Positions 49,987-58,789 of a stretch of 64,000 nt of DNA are shown here, piece by piece; the stretch's first letter is position 1; each line of letters opens with the position of its first letter. Position numbers and translations under genes: made by a program. Source of the DNA: Coriobacteriia bacterium (GTDB lineage: Bacteria; Actinomycetota; Coriobacteriia; Anaerosomatales; PALSA-660); assembly GCA_025361335.1 (NCBI GenBank), contig JANYAK010000022.1, positions 21,737 through 85,736 of the forward strand, written 5' to 3'. The notes beneath the pieces were generated by a model. That model made no database searches. It saw only the letters and a program-made list of their open reading frames with translations, and was not told the origin of the DNA.

Positions 49987-50983
49987 TGAAGATCTCCCAC
50001 TTGTACCGTGCGAGATTGGCGGGGTCGCGGAACCACGCCACCGTCCGCTCCAGCCCCTCTCTCAGATCGACCGTGGGGGCCCACCCGGTCAGCGAGCCGA
50101 TCAGCGAGTTGTCCGCGAGCAGCCTCTCGACCTCGCTCTTCTCCGGCCGGAGCCGCTCCTCGGCGCCGACGATCTCGGTACCGGGGCGGACCATCTCTAT
50201 CAGCATCGAGGCGAGCGCGCCGACGGATATCTCGCTCCCCGATCCTATGTTGACCTCCCTGCCGACCGCGGCATCGCATCCGGCCAGAGCGATGAGCCCG
50301 GCGCAGGTGTCCTCCACGTAGGTGAGGTCGCGCGTCGGGTGCAGCGACCCGAGATGGATCTCCGCGGCGTCGTTGAGGAGCTGGGTGACGATCGTCGGTA
50401 TCACGGCCCTCGCCGACTGCCGCGGCCCGTACGTGTTGAAGGGCCGCGCGGTGACGACGGGGAGATCGAAGGAGCGATGGAACGACTCCGCCATCTTGTC
50501 GGCGGAGATCTTCGACGCGGAGTACGGTGACTGCCCCTGAACGGGATGCGTCTCGTCGATCGGGACGTACTTCGCCGTTCCGTAGACCTCCGACGTCGAC
50601 GTGACCAACACCCGCTCGAGACCGAGGTCTCGAGCCGCCTGCAGGACGTTGAGCGTGCCCTTCACGTTCGTGTCGATGTAGGACTCGGGGGCGTTGTACG
50701 AATGTGGGATGCCGATCAGAGCGGCCAAGTGGAGCACGGCATCGACGCCTTCAAGGCTCTTCCGTACGAAGACGGAGTCCCGCACGTCACCCATGACGAC
50801 CTCGACCGCCGTCAGCGACTCGCGAGGGATCGTGTCGAGCCACCCCCACGTTCCGAACGAGTTGTAGTGGACGAACGCACGCACATCCGCGCCGCGCGAG
50901 AGGAGCGCCTCCACGAGGTGGCTGCCGATGAACCCGTCCGCACCGGTCACGGTGATCTTCTTGCCCTGCACTTCCACGCGCAC
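49979..50983 (-). CDS. legB: NAD-dependent hexosamine-nucleotide 4,6-dehydratase (LegB-like)
   Basis: ITVTGADGFIGSHL, HYNSFGTWGWLD, HLAALIGIPHSY, STSEVYGTAKYVPIDE, SPYSASKISAD, RPFNTYGPRQSARAVIPTI. This matches the LegB pattern as I remember it. Confidence 0.8.
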   Translation of the reverse strand: MRVEVQGKKITVTGADGFIGSHLVEALLSRGADVRAFVHYNSFGTWGWLDTIPRESLTAVEVVMGDVRDSVFVRKSLEGVDAVLHLAALIGIPHSYNAPESYIDTNVKGTLNVLQAARDLGLERVLVTSTSEVYGTAKYVPIDETHPVQGQSPYSASKISADKMAESFHRSFDLPVVTARPFNTYGPRQSARAVIPTIVTQLLNDAAEIHLGSLHPTRDLTYVEDTCAGLIALAGCDAAVGREVNIGSGSEISVGALASMLIEMVRPGTEIVGAEERLRPEKSEVERLLADNSLIGSLTGWAPTVDLREGLERTVAWFRDPANLARYKWEIFNV

Positions 50984-51028
50984 TCACTCCTGTCGTGGTC
51001 GCCCTACCGCCCCTCGAAGACGGCGATC

Positions 51029-52531
51029 CTACCTGCTGTCCCGGTCCCAATCGTCCTCTATCCGGATAATGTCGTCTTCGCCAAGGTAGTCCCCCACCTG
51101 CACCTCGATCACCTGCAGGAGGGACTCGCCGCGGTTCTCGATGCGGTGCACGGCGCCCAGTGGGATGAAGGCACTCTCGTTGAGCGGCACCTCGGTGACC
51201 CGGTCGTCGCAGGTCACGACCGCCTTGCCCGCGACCACGATCCAGTGCTCGCTGCGGTGCTCATGCCTCTGCAGGCTGGGCTTGGACCCCGGCTTGATCT
51301 CGAGCAGCTTGATCTGGTAGCCGAGGCCCTTGAGCAGGCTCGTCCAACTGCCCCACGGCCGAAGGCTCACCTTCGGCTGGGTCACCTCGGGAGCGCCCAT
51401 CGCCCGCAGCGCGTCGACCACAAGCCTGACGTCCTGCGCCCGTTCCTTCGGCAGGACGAGCGTGGCGTCCGTCGTGTCGACCACGATGAGATCCTCGACC
51501 CCGAGCGTCGCCACCAGCCGGTCGGTCGAGTACACGATGCTGCCGCGGCTACCGATGTCGACGCCGCGGCCGGAACGGACGTTGCCCGCGGAGTCCGGGT
51601 CGGCCATCTCCTCGAGCGCGAGCAGGGATCCGACGTCGCTCCACTTGAGCGGCGCGGGGATGACGGCGACCCGATCCGAGCGCTCCATGATGGCCACGTC
51701 GACCGAGACGGGCGCGATGCCGGCGAAGGCCACACGCGCGTCCTCTCTGTTGCGGTCGGCGGGCGGGAGGGCCGCGATCCCTCTCACGACGTCGGCGATG
51801 TGCGCCAGCTCCCCGCCCGCGGAATCGAGCTCTTCGAGAACGCGCGCCGCCTTCATCACGAAGATCCCGGCGTTCCAGAAATGCACGCCGCCCGAGACAT
51901 ACTCCTCGGCGCGGGCGTGGTCGGGCTTCTCGACGAACTCGGCCGCGACGTGCGGGACGGCGAGACCCACAGCCGACCCCGGCAGGGGCTCCCCCGCGCG
52001 GATGTAGCCGTAGCCGGTCTCGGGCCGCGTGGGCTCGATACCGATGGTGACCAGCCAGCCGTCGGCAGCCACGGCCGCCGCGGCCGCGATGCAGTCCGCC
52101 CACAACCCGCCATCCTCCAAGAGGTGGTCCGATGGCAGGACAACCATGATGGCGTCGGGGTCATCGACGGCGAGCGTCGCTGCGGCCAGCGCGATCGCCG
52201 GGGCGGTGTTGCGCGCGAGAGGTTCCTGGATGTAGCGCACGCGATGGAGCTCGGGGTCCGGCTGCGCGGTGAGATGGTTGCGCAGCTCGTCGAAAAGGCG
52301 CTCGTTCGTCACGACGGTGATGGCGGAACCGCCATCCGTGAACGGCAGGATCCTGTGCACGGCCGCGGCGATGAGCGACTCCGTTCCGAACATCGAGAGC
52401 AGCTGCTTCGGGTTCAGCTCGCGCGACAGGGGCCAGAACCGCTGCCCGCTCCCGCCCGCGAGAACGACGGCCTTCAGTCCGGGGATGGAGCGAGGCACGG
52501 CTGCTCCTCGTGGGGTCGGTTTCGGGGGCAT
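51029..52531 (-). CDS. manC: Mannose-1-phosphate guanylyltransferase / mannose-6-phosphate isomerase (bifunctional type)
   Basis: AVVLAGGSGQRFWPLSR, PSDHL, GYGYI, and a C-terminal cupin RPWGSWTSL...KPGSKPSLQRHEHRSEHWIVVAG. Confidence 0.9.
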   Translation of the reverse strand: MPPKPTPRGAAVPRSIPGLKAVVLAGGSGQRFWPLSRELNPKQLLSMFGTESLIAAAVHRILPFTDGGSAITVVTNERLFDELRNHLTAQPDPELHRVRYIQEPLARNTAPAIALAAATLAVDDPDAIMVVLPSDHLLEDGGLWADCIAAAAAVAADGWLVTIGIEPTRPETGYGYIRAGEPLPGSAVGLAVPHVAAEFVEKPDHARAEEYVSGGVHFWNAGIFVMKAARVLEELDSAGGELAHIADVVRGIAALPPADRNREDARVAFAGIAPVSVDVAIMERSDRVAVIPAPLKWSDVGSLLALEEMADPDSAGNVRSGRGVDIGSRGSIVYSTDRLVATLGVEDLIVVDTTDATLVLPKERAQDVRLVVDALRAMGAPEVTQPKVSLRPWGSWTSLLKGLGYQIKLLEIKPGSKPSLQRHEHRSEHWIVVAGKAVVTCDDRVTEVPLNESAFIPLGAVHRIENRGESLLQVIEVQVGDYLGEDDIIRIEDDWDRDSR

Positions 52532-52564
52532 CGGGCGTCACATAGCCCGACTGCGGTACGGCGA

Positions 52565-52578
52565 GATTCTACTACGAG
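52565..52578 (-). promoter_or_regulatory. Promoter-like box CTCGTAGTAGAATC (contains -10-like TAGAAT), about 35 nt upstream of manC
   Basis: Identical 14-mer to 33708..33721. Flanked upstream by the inverted repeat ACGAG-CGC-CTCGT. Confidence 0.4.
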
Positions 52579-52613
52579 GCGCTCGTGGGCGCGCGGACGG
52601 CGGCGGGACGCAC

Positions 52614-54485
52614 CTATATGCGCCAGACGACGAACCGCCCGTCGGCGCTGGTCACGACCGGGGTCCCGAGCAGCCGCGTGAGCGAGCCCTCGATCGCCGC
52701 TCCCCCGTCGGTGTAGCCGTCGGTCTGGACCCACACGGCGCTGAAGCCCCGGGCTCGCGCCGCGCGCACCATCTCCGACGGCGGGAGCATCGCGGTGGCC
52801 TTCTGCCACGCGTCGTCGGCGCGGCCCTTCATCGCCGCGTAGCTCCACCGCAGGCCGTCGGTGTGCAGGTAACCGCGCAACGGGTCGTAGTCCTGCATGC
52901 CGAAGATGGGCCCGCCCGGCTCCGGGTACGGCATGTACGGCAGTTGGAACACCGCGGTGCCCTTGGGCAGCGCCTTCATCACCGTCGCCCCAAGAGCCGC
53001 GTCCGCGCGATAGGCCGCCACCTGCGCGGGCGGAACGGCGAGGGTCACGGGCGTCTGGTCGAGAGCCCCCACGGTGGTGACGGCGACGAGCCCGACCATC
53101 ACGAGCAGCCGCGCCGAACCCGTGCGGTTCTCCAAAGACCGGTCCGCCAGCGCCGCGAGGGCCACGACCGCGAAGAAGCCGACGAAGATGCTGATGCGGT
53201 TGTACGCCCTGATCTGGGGGACCAGCACCGCGAGCATCGCGCCGAAGCCGCCGACGGTCGCCAGCAGGAGGGCGCACAGGCTGAGGAACCCCGCGGTACG
53301 CACGATCTCGCCGGGGTGCGGCGTTTCGCCCGAAGGGTCCGCGTCGCCTGAAGGGTCCGCGTCGCTGCGCAGCGCCGCCGGTCTCGACCGGCCGAAGACG
53401 AACACCAGCATCGAGCCGAGGAAGCCGAGCGCTCCCAGCAGGCCGAGAGATGCCGTGTTCGCCTCGTTGTCCAAGGAGGGCCCCAGAGCGCGCAGCCCCT
53501 CGCGGTAGGTGGCCTTGAGGGCCGCGAAGGCGGGGATGCGATGCCCGTCGATCGGCAGGAAGAGCTGCGTGACCTTGAGACCGTCGACCTCGGCCTGCCC
53601 GGGATTGCGCACCAGTCCCGCCGCGTTCGGCCCCTCACTCGCCGCGAGGACCACGTTCGGTGCCGCTTGGGCGGCCGCCACGACACCCATCGCGAGCGCC
53701 AGCGCGACCCCTGCCAGCGCCACCCTCTTCTCGCTCCGCCGGATAGCCCCGCGCACCGAAGCGAGCAGGATGAACGCGGCGCCGAAGAACGCGTAGTAGA
53801 CGCCGCAGGCGGCGCCCACGACACAGACCGCCAGGGTCGCCAGCGAGCGAGCGGACCGCAGATCCCACGCGGGACGACGCCCGGCCTCCCGCACCGCCAG
53901 GAGCAGCGGGCGGTCCGAGTCCATCCGCAGCGCCACCAGCGCCAGCAGCGGCACGACCGCATACGCCGAGAGGAGCAGGTGGCCCTCGCCGCGCATCCAG
54001 TGATACGGGATCAGCGCGTAGAGGACCGCTCCGCACAGGGCGACGAGCCGCGACGTCCCCAGCTTGCGCAGCGCGAAGACGGTGGTGAGCCCGACCGCCG
54101 GATAGCCGAGCAGGTAGAACATGTTGGTCACCGTCGCCCAGTTCCCCGTGAACCCTCCGAGCACCCGGATCGTCGCCCACAGGAGCGTGTCCGCCCCCGG
54201 CATCTCGTACAGGTTGTGGACTCCCGGCGCGCCGAGAGCGGGATCAGTGAGCCACCACCCGTTGTGCAGGACGCCCTTGATGATCTGGCCTGTGAACAGA
54301 GCGTCGACGTTGTAGGAGAACGGGATGGCCAGCCCGCTCGCCCACGGGCGGATCAGCATGGCGATCGCGGCCAGAGGCAGGACCGCGGCGAGGACGTAGG
54401 TCAGCGCCTCGATCCACGGGGCATGGCGCTCGAATCCCGGCGGCCGCGGCACGCTAGTCACCCGGCCGGAAGACGGCGCGCACAC
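52614..54485 (-). CDS. Large polytopic membrane protein, GT-C-like, function unknown (paralogue of 25094..26965)
   Basis: Same ORF-track length (623 aa) and architecture as 25094..26965. Shared blocks GVLHNGWWLTDPALGAPG and LPYMPYPEPGGPIFGMQDYDPLRGYLHTDGLRWSYAAMKGR. Start is uncertain (54485 or GTG 54461). Confidence 0.7.
   Translation of the reverse strand: MCAPSSGRVTSVPRPPGFERHAPWIEALTYVLAAVLPLAAIAMLIRPWASGLAIPFSYNVDALFTGQIIKGVLHNGWWLTDPALGAPGVHNLYEMPGADTLLWATIRVLGGFTGNWATVTNMFYLLGYPAVGLTTVFALRKLGTSRLVALCGAVLYALIPYHWMRGEGHLLLSAYAVVPLLALVALRMDSDRPLLLAVREAGRRPAWDLRSARSLATLAVCVVGAACGVYYAFFGAAFILLASVRGAIRRSEKRVALAGVALALAMGVVAAAQAAPNVVLAASEGPNAAGLVRNPGQAEVDGLKVTQLFLPIDGHRIPAFAALKATYREGLRALGPSLDNEANTASLGLLGALGFLGSMLVFVFGRSRPAALRSDADPSGDADPSGETPHPGEIVRTAGFLSLCALLLATVGGFGAMLAVLVPQIRAYNRISIFVGFFAVVALAALADRSLENRTGSARLLVMVGLVAVTTVGALDQTPVTLAVPPAQVAAYRADAALGATVMKALPKGTAVFQLPYMPYPEPGGPIFGMQDYDPLRGYLHTDGLRWSYAAMKGRADDAWQKATAMLPPSEMVRAARARGFSAVWVQTDGYTDGGAAIEGSLTRLLGTPVVTSADGRFVVWRI
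53332..53367 (-). repeat. In-frame 18-bp tandem duplication (2 copies) encoding DADPSG-DADPSG
   Basis: GAAGGGTCCGCGTCGCCT / GAAGGGTCCGCGTCGCTG on the plus strand, 16/18 identical. It lies in a loop of the 52614..54485 membrane protein. Confidence 0.9.
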
Positions 54486-56427
54486 GAGCCGCGAGGAGCG
54501 CGCCCAGCAGTCCCCACGGCAGCGGGCTGGAGGCGACCGAGCTCGCGAGAGCGACCTCGCGCACGCGGGCGTGCTCGAGCGCCCACACGAGGAACGCCGC
54601 GGAGGACGGCCCCTCCGAGGTCAGGCCGCTCCGCACGTCCGCCGGCGCCGACTTGAGCACCTCGGTGTCGACCAGTGCGAACGGAGCCGCCATGTCGCGA
54701 AGGCCCGGCACCGGACACACGCAGCGGCACAGAGACGACAGCACCCGGATCCCCACCCAGCCCGCGAGCCTCGGGGCCGGCGAACCCTCCGCGCGTGCGA
54801 CGGTGGCGAGACGCGAAGCGACCACTATGTCCGCGCCGGTCTCCCACTCCGCGGCGGCCGCCGCCTCGAACGCCGCGCTCGCGGACCGATCCTTGCGAGG
54901 CAGGATCTGGAACGCCCGTCTGCCTGTCCTCGGCGCCGCGGGCCCGTCGAGCAGCGCTCGGGATGACGGCACGACGACGCCCGCTACCAGCGGCACGAGC
55001 GCGAGCAACATCGGCATCGCGATGGCGCCCCAGTAGTAGCCCCACACGCCACCGCTGAACACCGTCAGCGCGATGACCGGTACGGCCACCGCGGCGCAGA
55101 GGAGCGCCTTGGTCCACACGGCACGCGTCGCGAACGCGCCGGCCAGCGCGAGCAGCGGGACGATCAGGTATATCCGGTCGCTCGCGCCGACGAGGTCTCC
55201 CGAGAACTGGAGCGCGTCTATCAGCCTCTGCGCACCACCCTGGAACCAGCGCGACACGCCCTCCGCGCTCTGTCCCCCGACGGGGGACCACAGGGCGTGA
55301 AGGCCGAGCAGGACGACGGGGCCCAGGATCGCCACTGCGAGACCACCGACCGCTTCGCGCCTCCTGGAGCTGACCAGCCACCACACGACATACACCGGCA
55401 CGAGGAACAACATCAGCTCGCGGAACGCGAACGCGACGACCACCAGGACGGCTCCCCATGTCCAGCGCTCGGTGACCATCGCGTACAGGAAGAAGACGGC
55501 CACCATCCCGGCCCAATACTCCGACAGAGGGAACCACAGCGTGAGGGCCGGCATGAGCAGGTACCCGCCGATCGCGATGGGGGCGATGATGGCGGCGGCA
55601 GGCTCGACGAAACGGCGAGCCACTCCGTACCCGGCCAGCATCGTGGCCACGGCGAGCACGTTGAACCCCCACAGCACCCGAAGTCCCGGGGGACCGGGGA
55701 GGATGTTCCAGAATTCGAAGAGCCAGCGCTGGCGGATGTTGAGCAGGCCGGGGGGCTGCCCCTGCAGCCGCGCGTCCTGATCGAACGCGCGCAGGAACGC
55801 CTGATAGTACGGAACACCCTGTGCTACGAGGTAGTCGATCTTGATGAACAGGTCGCCGTCGAAACGGTAGACCTCGGCCTGTGGCTCCGTGCTGACCCGC
55901 GCCCTGGTCGCGACGGTCAAGTCGCGCGGCGTCCCAGGCACCATGCCCGTCTGATAGAGCTGCAGACCGACGATGACCACGAGCGCGACCAGCACCACCG
56001 CGCGGAGCCGCCCTCGGGAACACGCCCATCCGACAACGACCGCCACGACGGCGCAGACGACCACCACGGCGAGCATGTCCGGGACTTGGGGAGCGACGAG
56101 TTTACGGGCGCCGGGCGACAGCGCGAACACGGCCATCGCGAGCACGCCGGCAACGGCGGAGAGGCCCGCGGCCGGGAGGATCTCGCGGATGGAGCGCACG
56201 GACAGGCCGACCACCAGACCGCACGCGAGTGCGCGCACTGCCCACGCCCCCGGCATAGGCAGTGCCCCCGCCAGCAGCAGCGCCAACGCTCCGAGAGCCG
56301 CTCCCGACAAGAGCCGGCGCCACTGCGGGTCGGCGGATCCATGGGGCCATCCGGGGTGTTTGACGTCGGTGGACTTCCCCCGGGCGCTCGAGCCGGCTCT
56401 CACAGGATGCTTGCTCTGCTTGGCCAT
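54454..56427 (-). CDS. Polytopic membrane protein with C-terminal degenerate half of a Ppm1/DPM1-type GT2 domain
   Basis: ATG 56427 with GAAGGAGGGGG upstream. At least 12 TM segments. The C-terminal ~170 aa align by eye to the second half of the neighbouring Ppm1 (ADIVVASRL / ADVAIGSRY; RDMAAPFALVDTEVL / HDCTSGFRCYRADVL; ARVREVAL / ARIVEVPI). Confidence 0.65.
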   Translation of the reverse strand: MAKQSKHPVRAGSSARGKSTDVKHPGWPHGSADPQWRRLLSGAALGALALLLAGALPMPGAWAVRALACGLVVGLSVRSIREILPAAGLSAVAGVLAMAVFALSPGARKLVAPQVPDMLAVVVVCAVVAVVVGWACSRGRLRAVVLVALVVIVGLQLYQTGMVPGTPRDLTVATRARVSTEPQAEVYRFDGDLFIKIDYLVAQGVPYYQAFLRAFDQDARLQGQPPGLLNIRQRWLFEFWNILPGPPGLRVLWGFNVLAVATMLAGYGVARRFVEPAAAIIAPIAIGGYLLMPALTLWFPLSEYWAGMVAVFFLYAMVTERWTWGAVLVVVAFAFRELMLFLVPVYVVWWLVSSRRREAVGGLAVAILGPVVLLGLHALWSPVGGQSAEGVSRWFQGGAQRLIDALQFSGDLVGASDRIYLIVPLLALAGAFATRAVWTKALLCAAVAVPVIALTVFSGGVWGYYWGAIAMPMLLALVPLVAGVVVPSSRALLDGPAAPRTGRRAFQILPRKDRSASAAFEAAAAAEWETGADIVVASRLATVARAEGSPAPRLAGWVGIRVLSSLCRCVCPVPGLRDMAAPFALVDTEVLKSAPADVRSGLTSEGPSSAAFLVWALEHARVREVALASSVASSPLPWGLLGALLAARVRAVFRPGD

Positions 56428-56540
56428 GTCCTGGGACGGACCCCCTCCTTCGCCGCGGCGCGACTGTCGCCGCGCTGTCGAAACGATATCATGGCAGTCG
56501 CGCGCGGGTGCTCATCCACTCAGATGAAGGCGACCTCACG

Positions 56541-57278
56541 ATGCCCTCGACGATCGTCATAGTCCCCACCTATAACGAGGCGGAGAACCTTCCGGTTCTC
56601 GCGGCCCGCCTGCTCGCGCTCGATCCGCCGCTCGAAGTCCTGTGCGTGGATGATGGTTCGCCCGATGGGACGGGGCGCATAGCGGACGGACTGGCAGACC
56701 TGGACGCTCGATTCCGCGTCATCCACCGCGCGGGACCGCGCGGCTACGCCCGCGCGTGCGCCGAGGGGATGCTGTGGGCACTCGCCGCGGGCTACGAGGT
56801 CGTGTGCACGATGGACGCGGACCTCTCCCACGACCCGGACTCCCTGCCTGCACTGCTGAGCGCTATCGCGACATCCGCGGATGTCGCGATCGGCTCGCGC
56901 TATGTGGAGGGCGGGAGCCTCGAGGTGGACTGGGGACCCGTGAGGAGCGCGATCAGCAAGGCCGGCAGCGGCTACGCCCGCGCGATGGTCGGGACGAAGG
57001 TGCACGACTGCACGAGCGGTTTCCGATGCTACAGAGCCGACGTGTTGGGCCGGTTGCCGCTCGGCAGCATCCGCTCCGACGGGTACTCGTTCCTCATCGA
57101 GCTGCTCGCCATGCTGACGGCGGAGAAGGCCAGGATCGTCGAGGTCCCCATCGCGTACGTCGATCGTCGCGTGGGGACGTCGAAGATCTCAAGGGCCATC
57201 GTGCTGGAGGCGCTCGGCGTGGCGACGGGACTCGGGCTGCGGCGACTCGCTCGACCCGGGAGAAGGGCGAACGACTAG
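56541..57278 (+). CDS. ppm1: Polyprenol-phosphate mannosyltransferase (Ppm1/DPM1-like GT2)
   Basis: ORF trimmed to ATG 56541. IVIVPTYNEAENL, VDDGSPDGTG, MDADLSHDP, GSRYVEGG, DCTSGFRCYR, SDGYSFLIELL, EVPIAYVDRRVGTSK. Confidence 0.85.
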   Translation: MPSTIVIVPTYNEAENLPVLAARLLALDPPLEVLCVDDGSPDGTGRIADGLADLDARFRVIHRAGPRGYARACAEGMLWALAAGYEVVCTMDADLSHDPDSLPALLSAIATSADVAIGSRYVEGGSLEVDWGPVRSAISKAGSGYARAMVGTKVHDCTSGFRCYRADVLGRLPLGSIRSDGYSFLIELLAMLTAEKARIVEVPIAYVDRRVGTSKISRAIVLEALGVATGLGLRRLARPGRRAND

Positions 57279-57739
57279 CCCTTCGGAAGGGTCGCGCCGT
57301 CCGCCTCGTACGTCTCGGCGAGCACCTGGTCCGTGGTCCGATAGGTGAAGTACTTGTGGCCGACGTAGCTGACGATGGTGACCACCGCGATCGCGGGAAG
57401 CTGCGCGATGATGAGCCGCGGCCGCCACACCTCCATGATGACGGCCACGATCGCCAGGTTCAGCACGAACCCACCCGCGTACACCACGTAGCTGCGCAGG
57501 TACTCCTTCAGCCAGTTCCCCTTGGTGCGGAACACGAGCAGCTTGAACGTGAACAGGTTCTGCGTCACGCCGATCACCCAGTTGATCGTGAGTAGCAGCG
57601 TGTAGTGCAGCCGGGAGTGCAGCAGCGAGTCCAGGATCCAGAGCGTACCGAGGCCGAACAGCGTGTTCCACGCGCCCACGACGAGGAACCGCGCCTTCTC
57701 GCCATGCCTGTCGTACAGCGGCCGCAGGCGCGCGGGCAC
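57275..57739 (-). CDS. GtrA-family small membrane protein
   Basis: Probable GTG 57739, 2 nt after the upstream stop. ARFLVVGAWNTLFGLGTLWIL...YVGHKYFTY, four TM helices. Its stop shares CTAG with the convergent ppm1. Confidence 0.75.
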   Translation of the reverse strand: MPARLRPLYDRHGEKARFLVVGAWNTLFGLGTLWILDSLLHSRLHYTLLLTINWVIGVTQNLFTFKLLVFRTKGNWLKEYLRSYVVYAGGFVLNLAIVAVIMEVWRPRLIIAQLPAIAVVTIVSYVGHKYFTYRTTDQVLAETYEADGATLPKG

Positions 57740-57741
57740 CC

Positions 57742-58689
57742 TCACAGGCCGATCTCCTCCCGCACGATGAAGTTCGGCCGCTGCTTGACCTCGTCGTAGA
57801 TGAGCCCGATGTACTCGGCCACGACGCCGAGCATCGTGAAGAGGAAGCCGAACATGAGCAGCATCACGCCCATGATCGATCCGAACCCGGCGAACGGCAC
57901 GCCGTAGAAGATGGCCCTGACGATCTCGTAGGCGAGCAGGACGAACGATAGCGCCGAGACCGCCAGCCCCGTGCCGGTGATGAACCGCAGCGGCACGTAC
58001 GAGTACGACAGTATCCCCTTGATGGCAAGCGCCAGCACCATGCGAGTCCCGGCCTTCGTCTCTCCCGCGAACCGGGGCGGGCGCTCGTACTCGATGCCGA
58101 TGGAGCGGAACCCCGTCCAGTAGAACATCCCGCGCATGAAACGGTTGTGCTCCCGCATGGCGTTGATGGCCTCGTAGACGCGACGATCCACGAGGCGGTA
58201 GTCGCTGACGTTCTTCGGGAACAGCCCGCCGGTCATGGCGTTGATGAGCCAGTAGAAGAGCTGGGAGTTCATGCGCCGCAAAGCGCCGGTCCCCTGACGC
58301 TTCGTGACGATCTGGAAGACGTTCTCGTAGCCGAGTTCCCACTGCTCGATGAACCGGGTGATCAGCTCGGGCGGATCCTGCAGGTCGGCGCACATGATCA
58401 CGGCCGCATCGCCCCGCGCATAGCTGAGCCCGGCCGTCACGCCTCCGTCGGGTCCGAAGTTGCGGGAGAGCCGCAGGATCTTGAACCGGGGGTCGCGCTG
58501 GCGCAGCGCCAGGAGCCGGTCGTAGGTGCCGTCGACCGAGCCGTTCTCTACGACGATGACCTCGAAGTCGTACTTCGGGTTCTCGGCGAACGTCGCCGCC
58601 AGTTGCACCCCGAGTTCGTCGACATTGCCCTCCTCGTTGTAGGCGGGCGTGACGATGGTGATGAGCCTGCGGGCGGGGTCTTCGGTCAT
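57742..58689 (-). CDS. GT2 polyprenyl-phosphate glycosyltransferase (GtrB/ArnC-like), intact
   Basis: ORF trimmed to ATG 58689 (GGAAGGA upstream). ITIVTPAYNEEGNV, VVENGSVDGT, MCADLQDPPE, SDYRLVDRRV, FMRGMFYWTGF, and two C-terminal TM helices with GVVAEYIGLIYDEVKQRPNF. Confidence 0.85.
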   Translation of the reverse strand: MTEDPARRLITIVTPAYNEEGNVDELGVQLAATFAENPKYDFEVIVVENGSVDGTYDRLLALRQRDPRFKILRLSRNFGPDGGVTAGLSYARGDAAVIMCADLQDPPELITRFIEQWELGYENVFQIVTKRQGTGALRRMNSQLFYWLINAMTGGLFPKNVSDYRLVDRRVYEAINAMREHNRFMRGMFYWTGFRSIGIEYERPPRFAGETKAGTRMVLALAIKGILSYSYVPLRFITGTGLAVSALSFVLLAYEIVRAIFYGVPFAGFGSIMGVMLLMFGFLFTMLGVVAEYIGLIYDEVKQRPNFIVREEIGL

Positions 58690-58789
58690 CGAGCCGCGTC
58701 CTTCCAGAGTCCGAGCAGCGGAGATGTCACATGGTCGACGAGACGCGCCGGCCCCTCGTCCCAGTGTAGAACAGGCCGACGCGCATGAC

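Noticed and set aside
50546-52681. 711-aa plus-strand ORF opposite legB and manC
   Set aside because: It is the antisense shadow of two genes with clear catalytic signatures and has R/D/G/P-rich low-complexity composition. The same reasoning applies to 9618..11690 (+), 275..1693 (+), 25122..27053 (-), 54458..56029 (-), 7223..8332 (+), 44518..45546 (+) and similar ORFs.
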